Part shown: positions 1 through 7,364 of the stretch, one piece after another
Layout: the number at the start of each line of letters is the position of its first letter
Numbering within the stretch: the stretch's first letter is position 1
Origin: an uncultured bacterium
Lineage (GTDB): Bacteria; Verrucomicrobiota; Verrucomicrobiia; Verrucomicrobiales; DEV007
Length of the DNA stretch: 64,000 nucleotides
Reading direction: 5' to 3'
Assembly: GCA_963977015.1 (NCBI GenBank)
Contig: CAXBMO010000015.1
Coordinates: 1-64,000, forward strand
Made by a program: the position numbers and the translations under genes
Notes under the pieces: generated by a model
Databases searched by the model: none
The model's input: only the letters and a program-made list of their open reading frames with translations
Told to the model about the DNA's origin: nothing

Positions 1-55
1 AGGAGGGTATGTGGTCGTTCGGCAACATCAGGAGGGTATGTGGTCGTTCGGCAAC
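1..55. repeat. Tandem direct repeat: 26-bp unit AGGAGGGTATGTGGTCGTTCGGCAAC twice, 29-bp period; may continue beyond the window edge
   Basis: Exact copies at 1-26 and 30-55 separated by ATC; the second copy runs into a small hairpin GGCAAC-CGA-GTTGCC (50-64). Confidence 0.9.
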
Positions 56-74
56 CGAGTTGCCTCACTCCCGC

Positions 75-614
75 TCAATTCCCATTTTGACGATTCTCGA
101 AGATCTCCAGGGCAGCGTCCAGGGTCGAGACCTGGTATTCTGCCTCGATTCCGACTGATTTGATGCCTTCAACCCGGATCAGATGGCCAACTCCGGCCCT
201 TCGCCCCATCTCAATATCGCGATCCGCATCTCCAATCAGCCAACTTCGCCCGAGGTCCAGATTCAATTCCAGTGCCGCGCGTTCCAGCATTTGCGGATCC
301 GGTTTCGGCTGATTCAAGCAATTCGGCAAACCGGTAAAGGCGTAAATCTCCGCGAATTCGACTCCATTCTCGCGAAGAAAGGTCTGCATGTTTCCATGAA
401 TCTCCTCCAAATCGGCTTCGGTCATGAGTCCCTTGCCAACGCCCTTCTGGCTCGTCACCAAAACCGGCACCAACCCCGCGCTCTTCGCCGCAACCAAGAG
501 TTCCACGATTCCCGGATTCCAATCCCACTGCTCCCAACTCAACACGTAGGGCTCCGGATGCGGGTCGCGATTGACTACGCCATCGCGATCAAAGAAAAAG
601 GCTGGGAGAGTCAT
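75..614 (-). CDS. gmhB: D-glycero-D-manno-heptose 1,7-bisphosphate phosphatase (HAD subfamily IIIA)
   Basis: FFFDRDGVVN HAD motif I, VTSQKG, PKP and IGDADRD motifs; 179 aa. Confidence 0.8.
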   Translation of the reverse strand: MTLPAFFFDRDGVVNRDPHPEPYVLSWEQWDWNPGIVELLVAAKSAGLVPVLVTSQKGVGKGLMTEADLEEIHGNMQTFLRENGVEFAEIYAFTGLPNCLNQPKPDPQMLERAALELNLDLGRSWLIGDADRDIEMGRRAGVGHLIRVEGIKSVGIEAEYQVSTLDAALEIFENRQNGN

Positions 615-681
615 AAATGGTTAATCAACTATCGGGATCAACGTGTCGCCAAATTCAAAACACTCAACACCCACTCCAAAA

Positions 682-697
682 TGTTCCACGTGGAACA
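682..697. other. parS centromere site (ParB binding), perfect palindrome
   Basis: TGTTCCACGTGGAACA matches the widely conserved parS consensus; intergenic, 1 bp from the stop codon of the 699-1208 ORF. Confidence 0.9.
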
Positions 698-698
698 C

Positions 699-1208
699 TC
701 ATAGATTTGCCTTTCGTGCTAAAATATAAACCCCTCCCAACAGCGAAACACCCAACCCAAATTTTGGCACATTCTCTTCGAACAGATTCCAAACGTAACC
801 ATGCGCAATTGAACTACCAACAAACGACACCAGAGCGATGAAAATTAGTGTCGTCCCCCAAATACCCATGGCCAAAGCAACTAGTGTTACCAAAAATTGT
901 CGTAACCAAGCTGAATCGATCTCCAATTCAGGAACGAGATCCACTCCTCTGGAATCCTTTTTCGACCGGCTCACCACGGTTCGGGAAATGGGTCTATGAA
1001 AGATCCACAACCCGATACCAGTCACGATCAAGACGATGCCAGGCAATTCATTCGCATAAACGTCGAAGATGTCAGAAAGATAGAGGACGTCATAGAAGTT
1101 GATCTGCAAGACGATATCGACAGCAAGCGCAACTCCTGCGATCGAGACCAGTATCGCTGCAACTCGCACCACCAAGCTTGCAATCTTCCTGAGATCCTGA
1201 TCCGTCAT
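699..1208 (-). CDS. Hypothetical membrane protein (about 4 TM helices)
   Basis: 169-aa ORF with four hydrophobic segments; region looks AT-richer than its neighbours. Confidence 0.65.
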   Translation of the reverse strand: MTDQDLRKIASLVVRVAAILVSIAGVALAVDIVLQINFYDVLYLSDIFDVYANELPGIVLIVTGIGLWIFHRPISRTVVSRSKKDSRGVDLVPELEIDSAWLRQFLVTLVALAMGIWGTTLIFIALVSFVGSSIAHGYVWNLFEENVPKFGLGVSLLGGVYILARKANL

Positions 1209-1268
1209 GCCAATATCTCATCCAACTGGTTTACATTCTTCAAGAAAATTCCAGGAACGTAGATCTGG

Positions 1269-2420
1269 CTATTTTGCCAGAAGGAAAAAATCGCCATCAC
1301 TCGGATCGATGTGAAATTTTCTCCCGTGTTCGCGATTCGATGCTCGAATTCTGGGTTCTTCAAACTCGATTAGGGCACGACTATTTCCCACCGGATTATG
1401 AACAACCAACGCGTTCTCAAATTTTCGTTGATAGGTGCCATCTTCCACAGATTGGCCAACTTCTTGCGGCTTGCCCAACTCCACATCCCAGAACGGATAC
1501 CAATCGTGGAGATGATCGGCAGTTGGAAGCGGATTGGGATCGGAAAACAGGCAAAACCCATCGGAGTGCGTCAAGACAAGGGTGGTCGTCGCCCGCATCT
1601 TGGCCAAATCCTGGCGTGAATCCTCAAACCAGGTTTCGAGACAATTGATCCGCGGCTCGCGGAGGTGCGATTCTGCCCAGCGCAGCGTTTCCGTGATCCT
1701 GGCCCAGTCTTCCGGCGTCGAGCTCCGCCAGCATTCCATGAAGAATCCGTTCAAATAGGGCGCCGAACGCGGCGCGAGCAGATCGTTGGCGTTTCCGAGG
1801 ATCAACGCTTCTTCACCGATCGCCTGCCGAATTTTCCGGATCAGCGCTAGACGCTCGTCGCCCTCGTGCCACCAATCCAGCATCACACCGTCAAATCCTG
1901 CCTTCATCGCAGCGGATGCCCGTTTGGCGACATGATCCTGGAATTCCGGATTCGCGAAATCGAGCAGGTAATAGCCGCCTTCTTCCCAACCAATGACGCG
2001 TTTTCCGGATTCATCGCGCTTCCACCACGGGGAATCCTCGGGCAGAAAACTGGTGTGGGCGTCGCGATACCGAATTTCGCAGAGTAGAATTTGATTCGGA
2101 TTCCGTCTTTGCATCTCGTCGCGAATCTTCCGCGCCCGCGGCAATGAATCAGCGGCAAACCGAGTCGCGAGACCTTCCGGTTTCTGATCCCAGGCCAACT
2201 GCAGTCGGTAAATGCTGTCAAAAACGAGATCGTGACGGGCGAGAGTCACTTCGGCCGCCTCATCGGGAAGATTGTCAGCGGGATTCCACGCCTGAAACAC
2301 CGACGGGAAATCACGGTGGGCAAGACGATCCTCCATCGTGCGCAGTTCCGGCGCATTTTCACCCAACGCAACCGCGCCACTGAGCAAGCAAGGGACGAAC
2401 AAGCTCCAGAACGGTTTCAT
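1269..2420 (-). CDS. Secreted putative glycoside hydrolase (GHL15/GH114-like TIM barrel)
   Basis: Signal peptide; LLDFANPEF..GFDGVMLDWW and NGFFMEC motifs typical of TIM-barrel GH-like families. Confidence 0.6.
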   Translation of the reverse strand: MKPFWSLFVPCLLSGAVALGENAPELRTMEDRLAHRDFPSVFQAWNPADNLPDEAAEVTLARHDLVFDSIYRLQLAWDQKPEGLATRFAADSLPRARKIRDEMQRRNPNQILLCEIRYRDAHTSFLPEDSPWWKRDESGKRVIGWEEGGYYLLDFANPEFQDHVAKRASAAMKAGFDGVMLDWWHEGDERLALIRKIRQAIGEEALILGNANDLLAPRSAPYLNGFFMECWRSSTPEDWARITETLRWAESHLREPRINCLETWFEDSRQDLAKMRATTTLVLTHSDGFCLFSDPNPLPTADHLHDWYPFWDVELGKPQEVGQSVEDGTYQRKFENALVVHNPVGNSRALIEFEEPRIRASNREHGRKFHIDPSDGDFFLLAK

Positions 2421-2450
2421 CCGATCACGAAAACGCGGCGAACCTTGAAT

Positions 2451-3506
2451 TCAATCTATTCCTTCCCGGTCCGGGTAAATCACCTTTGCCGAGACGCGCA
2501 TATCCGGCCCAAACGGCTTGATTCTCGGCTCCACGAGCTGGCAGCGAAAATCCTTCCCCTCAACCGCGCGGCGGCTTCCGCCTCCGATCAATGGTGCGAT
2601 ATAGAAGGTGATTTCATCGACCAATTGTTCCTCAAATGCCTGCGCCATCAGTCTTCCGCCGCATTCCAGAAGCACACTGGTGACTTCCATCTTTCCGAGT
2701 TCCTCCAAGACCGAGCCCAAATGTTCCACGTGGAACACTTTGGTTCGATCGCGAAATTCATCACTGAGAACCTTCGACCGTTTGGGGATCCGGCCGCTCT
2801 TCGTGACGACGATTCTCCAGGGCTGTGGCCGGTTGCCGGTCGCGAATTCGCCGCGCAGGGTCAAGGCGGGATCGTCATGGCGCACCGTTTGGCCGCCCAC
2901 CAAAATCGCGTCAACGCGTGACCGCAGCCGCTGAACGTCGCGCCGCGCTTTTTCTCCCGTAATCCACTGCGAACCACCCGGAGGCGGAGAGATTCGGCCA
3001 TCCAGCGTCATTCCCGTCTTCGCAATGACGTAGGGTCGCCCCGTTGTGACGTGTTTGGCGAAAAAGCGAATCAGATATTGGCAGTCCTTCTCCAAAACGC
3101 CGACTTCAGTCTCGATTTCGGCTCGTTTCAGAATCTTCAATGCCTTTCCGGCATGCTTGGGGTTCGGATCCAGGCAACCGATGACGACCCGCCGAATTCC
3201 GGATTTCTTGATCAAGGTCGTGCAGGCACCGGTCTTCCCACGTGTCGAACACGGCTCCAACGTGACATAGAGCGTCGCGCCAATCAGATCGACGGGGTCG
3301 GCTGCCTGAATCGCCTCGACTTCAGCATGGGGCATTCCGGCTTTTTGATGATGCCCCTTCGCCAGAAAACAGCCGCCCTTCACGATCACCGCTCCAACCG
3401 CAGGATTGGGACTGGTCGCTCCAAGCCCTTTGCGCGCTTCATCAATCGCCAGCCGCATCCAATGGATGTCGTCTTCGGTTCCCGGAGTTGAAATGCGATT
3501 CGGCAA
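2451..3506 (-). CDS. ribD: Bifunctional riboflavin biosynthesis deaminase/reductase RibD
   Basis: PNPAVGAV, HAE and TLEPCS deaminase motifs; SQWITG, DDPALT and ECGG reductase motifs. Confidence 0.95.
   Translation of the reverse strand: MPNRISTPGTEDDIHWMRLAIDEARKGLGATSPNPAVGAVIVKGGCFLAKGHHQKAGMPHAEVEAIQAADPVDLIGATLYVTLEPCSTRGKTGACTTLIKKSGIRRVVIGCLDPNPKHAGKALKILKRAEIETEVGVLEKDCQYLIRFFAKHVTTGRPYVIAKTGMTLDGRISPPPGGSQWITGEKARRDVQRLRSRVDAILVGGQTVRHDDPALTLRGEFATGNRPQPWRIVVTKSGRIPKRSKVLSDEFRDRTKVFHVEHLGSVLEELGKMEVTSVLLECGGRLMAQAFEEQLVDEITFYIAPLIGGGSRRAVEGKDFRCQLVEPRIKPFGPDMRVSAKVIYPDREGID
2722..2737. other. parS site inside the ribD coding sequence
   Basis: Perfect TGTTCCACGTGGAACA, read as V-F-H-V-E-H in RibD. 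Confidence 0.88.
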
Positions 3507-3574
3507 ACGTCTAAGGTTGTTTCAGCTACGGAGATCAGGCATAAAGAAAGCGCTCAGCCACCATTTGACGAAAT

Positions 3575-4585
3575 ATGCGCCTTACTCTTCGCGACAAGAC
3601 CCAACTTTATACCGAGCTGGCCAAGATGGTCAAAGCGGGATTCGGATTCGACAAAAGTGCGGCGGTTCTGGAGGAGCAGGCGACCAATTCCGCGCAGCGT
3701 GAATTTGCGAAATCGATTCAGGAAGGCTTGAAAGGCGGCAAAACGATTTCCCAGTCCATCGCCAAATCCGAGCTGGGCATCTCCGACCTCGAGACTTCAG
3801 TGATTCGGGCCTCGGAAGAAGGTGGCGTCCTGGAAGATGGCTTTGGCTATCTGCGCGATTATTTTGCGACGATTCGACAGACCCGCAGCCAAATTCAGAG
3901 CCGGCTGATCTATCCGGCGATCATTCTGCATTTCGGAGTTTTGCTACCTCCGGTGCTCAAATCGATCACCAATTCGATGACCGGTGCCGCGAAGGTCAAT
4001 ATTGGGGGCGAGATTCTTACCTCGTTGCTCATCATCTACGGGATCATCGCAGTTTTTTGGATGGGCGGGAGCTGGCTTCACCGCGCAGCTCGGAAAGGCC
4101 AGCCTTTTGACCGCTTCCTGCGGTTTCTCCCCCTGATTGGCCCAACGCGGCGGGCCATTGCCCTCGAACGGTTCACCAACGTCTTCCGGATCTACATTCT
4201 TTGTGGCCAAAAGATCTCAAACGGATTGGAAGCGGCCGGAAATGCCACGCAAAGCGCCGTGATCGATTCCGCAGCAGCGCGGATCGGCGAAACGGCGCGC
4301 CAGGGAAATTCGATCGGTGACGCCTTTTTGGCCGAGCGCGACTTTCCCCGCGACTTTTCCCGTTCCACCGCCAATGCCGAACAAACCGGGACTTTGGAAG
4401 AAGATCTCAAACGATGGTCCAGCTTCTTTTCGGATTCCGTCGTTCAACAAATGGAGAAGATCGGCTTTTGGACGCCGCGAATTCTCTCGGTAATTGTGAT
4501 GGTCTATGTGGGGTGGCAAATCGTCTCCTGGTATGCGGGTCACCTGAACAATGCGCTCGATATGATGGATATGGGTGGGTTTTGA
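3575..4585 (+). CDS. Type II secretion/type IV pilus inner-membrane platform protein (GspF/PilC family)
   Basis: Two T2SSF-like repeats (SEEGGVLE..LIYP; AEQTGTLE) with TM segments. Confidence 0.85.
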   Translation: MRLTLRDKTQLYTELAKMVKAGFGFDKSAAVLEEQATNSAQREFAKSIQEGLKGGKTISQSIAKSELGISDLETSVIRASEEGGVLEDGFGYLRDYFATIRQTRSQIQSRLIYPAIILHFGVLLPPVLKSITNSMTGAAKVNIGGEILTSLLIIYGIIAVFWMGGSWLHRAARKGQPFDRFLRFLPLIGPTRRAIALERFTNVFRIYILCGQKISNGLEAAGNATQSAVIDSAAARIGETARQGNSIGDAFLAERDFPRDFSRSTANAEQTGTLEEDLKRWSSFFSDSVVQQMEKIGFWTPRILSVIVMVYVGWQIVSWYAGHLNNALDMMDMGGF

Positions 4586-4633
4586 CGAGCGCTCCTCCTC
4601 GTTCGTCATCGTTCCTTCGACGAGGCAGCCAAA

Positions 4634-4649
4634 CGTTCCACGTGGAACA
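4634..4649. other. parS site upstream of recA (one mismatch)
   Basis: CGTTCCACGTGGAACA, flanked by AAA and TTT which extend the dyad to 4631-4652. Confidence 0.85.
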
Positions 4650-4660
4650 TTTGCGGACTC

Positions 4661-4689
4661 TTGCGGATGCGAAAAGTTCTAAGAATAAT
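4661..4689 (+). promoter_or_regulatory. Possible sigma70 promoter of recA
   Basis: TTGCGG (4661-4666), 17-bp spacer, AATAAT (4684-4689); imperfect match. Confidence 0.35.
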
Positions 4690-4702
4690 ACTCAAATAAA
4701 CA

Positions 4703-4718
4703 CTGGACATATGAACAG
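4703..4718. promoter_or_regulatory. Putative LexA (SOS) box upstream of recA
   Basis: CTGGACATATGAACAG fits CTG-N10-CAG and, with 2 mismatches, the Verrucomicrobia LexA motif TGTTC-N4-GAACA; about 70 bp upstream of the recA start. Confidence 0.65.
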
Positions 4719-4787
4719 TTTTTATTTAACCTAACCGAAGCATTACCCAAACTTCTTGCAAACTCGTTAGGCAAACTCATACATCCC

Positions 4788-5897
4788 ATGACCGCAGTCG
4801 CAGATAAACCAAAACTAAACAAGATGGCCTCTAAATCACAATCTGGAGAGAACTCAGCTCCTGAAGATGCTGGCAAAAAGCGGCTCGCTGAAGCTCGAGC
4901 CAAAAACCTGGACGTTGCCATATCGCAAATCCAGAAAGACTACGGTGAGGGAGCCATCATGAGGATGGGTGAAGGCACCAAGCAGAGCGTCGATGTTATC
5001 CCCACCGGAAACCTTCTCATCGACCGTGCCCTCGGCGTCGGAGGATTTCCTCGGGGCCGAATCGTTGAAGTTTATGGGCCGGAGTCTTCAGGAAAAACGA
5101 CTCTAACTCTGACCGCCATTGCTCAAGCCCAAAAAGCGGGTGGTTTGGCAGGATTCGTCGATGTGGAGCATGCTCTCGATCCAACCTATGCCAAGAAGCT
5201 CGGAGTCAATATGGAGGAGCTGCTGGTTTCCCAGCCAAGTTCCGGTGAAGAGGCCCTCCGAATTGTTGAAACGCTCGTCCGTTCCAACGCTCTCGATATC
5301 ATCGTGCTCGACTCTGTCGCCGCCTTGGTGACGAAAGCGGAACTGGACGGCGAGATTGGAGACACCACGGTTGGCGCCCAGGCCCGCCTCATGAGTGCCG
5401 CCATGCGAAAGCTGACCTCGTTGATTTCCAAGGCCCAGACCTGCGCGATTTTCACGAACCAGATTCGGGAAAAGATTGGCGTCATGTTCGGAAGCCCTGA
5501 AACCACTCCGGGAGGACGCGCCCTGAAATTCTACAGTTCGGTCCGGATCGATATTCGCCGGATTGGGGCCATCAAGCAGACCGACGGAACGGTATCGGGC
5601 AATCGCACCCGCCTGAAAGTCGTGAAGAACAAAGTGGCGCCGCCTTACACCGAAGCTGAGTTCGACATCATGTATAACGAAGGCATTTCTTCGGTTGGCT
5701 CACTGCTCGACCTAGCCTTGGAATACGATCTGATTCAAAAACGCGGAAGTTGGTTCAGCTACAAGGGCACCCAGGTTGCCCAAGGTCGTGACGGAGCCAA
5801 AGATGCCCTTAAAGCCGATCCGGAGATGTATGCGGATCTGGAGAAGGCCGTGAAGGAGAAAATGGCTGAGGTTCCTGAACGAAAGAAAAAGAAGTAA
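4788..5897 (+). CDS. recA: Recombinase A
   Basis: GPESSGKTT Walker [32 protein letters not shown] and KNKVAPP; alternative start at 4824. Confidence 0.99.
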   Translation: MTAVADKPKLNKMASKSQSGENSAPEDAGKKRLAEARAKNLDVAISQIQKDYGEGAIMRMGEGTKQSVDVIPTGNLLIDRALGVGGFPRGRIVEVYGPESSGKTTLTLTAIAQAQKAGGLAGFVDVEHALDPTYAKKLGVNMEELLVSQPSSGEEALRIVETLVRSNALDIIVLDSVAALVTKAELDGEIGDTTVGAQARLMSAAMRKLTSLISKAQTCAIFTNQIREKIGVMFGSPETTPGGRALKFYSSVRIDIRRIGAIKQTDGTVSGNRTRLKVVKNKVAPPYTEAEFDIMYNEGISSVGSLLDLALEYDLIQKRGSWFSYKGTQVAQGRDGAKDALKADPEMYADLEKAVKEKMAEVPERKKKK

Positions 5898-5945
5898 TCC
5901 ACGTAGGGCTTGATCTCGCTGCCCAAAATCGCTTTTCTAGTTCGA

Positions 5946-6224
5946 ATGAAAAAACGCACCATCAATAGTTTTTGGAAAATCGCCCTCGTTCTCACTGCCG
6001 CCTTCGGGATTTCTTCCTGCGAGACGGTCGATAAAGGGAAAGAGAAATGGGACGGAATGAGCAAGAAAGATCAATCGACCATCATTGGTGGACTCGGAGG
6101 AGCTGTTGTTGGATCCGTGGTCACCGGCAAGAAAGCAACCGGTGCCATTCTCGGTGGAGTGGCGGGTGCCGTCGGTGGTCGGGTCTGGAACGAGAAGAAG
6201 AATTCAAGCGATCTGGCAGAGTAA
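5946..6224 (+). CDS. Glycine-zipper lipoprotein
   Basis: Signal with lipobox ISSC; GGLGGAVVG..GAILGGVAGAVGG zipper. Confidence 0.75.
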   Translation: MKKRTINSFWKIALVLTAAFGISSCETVDKGKEKWDGMSKKDQSTIIGGLGGAVVGSVVTGKKATGAILGGVAGAVGGRVWNEKKNSSDLAE

Positions 6225-6252
6225 GCCAACCCCTTCAAAAACAATTCTCACC

Positions 6253-6283
6253 AAAGCTGGCTCAGAAATGGGCCAGCTTTTTT
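6253..6283 (+). terminator. Rho-independent terminator
   Basis: AAAGCTGGCTCA-GAAA-TGGGCCAGCTTT stem (one G-U pair) followed by a T-run. Confidence 0.85.
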
Positions 6284-6340
6284 CGTGCCCATTTCACGCC
6301 GGGTTCATCGAGCGTTCACGCGAATGGAACATTTTGAACC

Positions 6341-6775
6341 ATGCCTTCCAGAACCAACCGCCCCAGCCGCTCACGACTGCTTGTTTTCCTCGCCATTCTC
6401 GCCTCTATCGCGCTGGGACTGGCCTCTCGAAGTTCGCTCATCCAGCACCCGATTTTGGTCGCTCACGCCGGCGATCTTCTCTGGGCGATGATGGTCTATT
6501 TCGGCTTCGCTTTTCTCGTTCCAGGCACGCGACCAACCGCCCTCCTGCTGCTGGCCGCCAGCTTCTGTTTGGTCATCGAACTGAGCCAACTTTCCAGCCA
6601 TCCGTTCCTGGTCAGCGCACGCCAAAACCGGCTGGGTGCATTGATCCTGGGAAGAGGATTTCTCTGGGTCGATCTTGCTCGCTATTCAGCAGGGATTCTC
6701 ATGGCGACAACCCTTGATTGGCTCTGGTTTTGGCGCCATGCAACAAAACGCAACAGCCGAGCGCGAACGTCTTAA
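6341..6775 (+). CDS. DUF2809 family membrane protein
   Basis: GDLLWAMMVYF, IELSQL and LGALILGRGF..DL..Y motifs. Confidence 0.8.
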   Translation: MPSRTNRPSRSRLLVFLAILASIALGLASRSSLIQHPILVAHAGDLLWAMMVYFGFAFLVPGTRPTALLLLAASFCLVIELSQLSSHPFLVSARQNRLGALILGRGFLWVDLARYSAGILMATTLDWLWFWRHATKRNSRARTS

Positions 6776-6906
6776 GCTGTCTTGGTTCTGCAAAACCTGC
6801 TGTTGCTGGCAAATTGCTAATACAGACCCGAAATAGGCTGTTTCTACGGGGAAAACTCCGAATTTTTCACCACAGGATGTAACACTCCGCAACGGCGCTT
6901 TTCATT

Positions 6907-7326
6907 ATGCAACACCTGACAACATTCGAAAAAGCTCCTTTCAACCTAGCTAATATCAGCTCAACCCAGTTCCCGACCTGAGAAATCAGTGTGCCGATTC
7001 GCGAGTCATCTTTCCCCGAATTCAAGGCGTTGGGAAGAGAGTGGAGCGGGTTTCATGACCGACCAAACCATGCAGAAATCGGGGAAGTGAGCTGCGGCTT
7101 CCTTTTCGAGCGAAGTGAGCAAGCCAGTCCCCAAAACTCAACCATCGGTGCAGAGATTTCTGGGACGCAGCGCCTGTTCCCAAGCTCAAGAATTTTGACT
7201 GAATCGAGAGAATGTCTTGAAGCTGAATTGACCCGGTTTCGCAGACATTTTGATCCCCCTTTTGAGGGCATTCGCATACGCTTGCACTTCTCCCGAAAGG
7301 TAAGCGCAACTCCAAGAATCGAGTAA
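6907..7326 (+). pseudogene. Possible interrupted ORF (in-frame TGA at 6979-6981), or a short hypothetical CDS from 6991
   Basis: ATG at 6907 is in frame with ORF 6991-7326, with a single TGA between them; no recognisable family. Confidence 0.3.
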
Positions 7327-7364
7327 TCCGTAAAGAAAGCCGCGACGCCTTTCCACGTGCGGAA

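Noticed and set aside
1-55. CRISPR array
   Set aside because: Only two copies with a 3-bp spacer, and no cas genes in the window.
6776-6906. oriC in an AT-rich intergenic region
   Set aside because: No cluster of TTATCCACA-type DnaA boxes was found here or in the other gaps, and there is no dnaA in the window.
7349-7364. Additional parS (CTTTCCACGTGCGGAA)
   Set aside because: Only a partial match; the right arm is broken.
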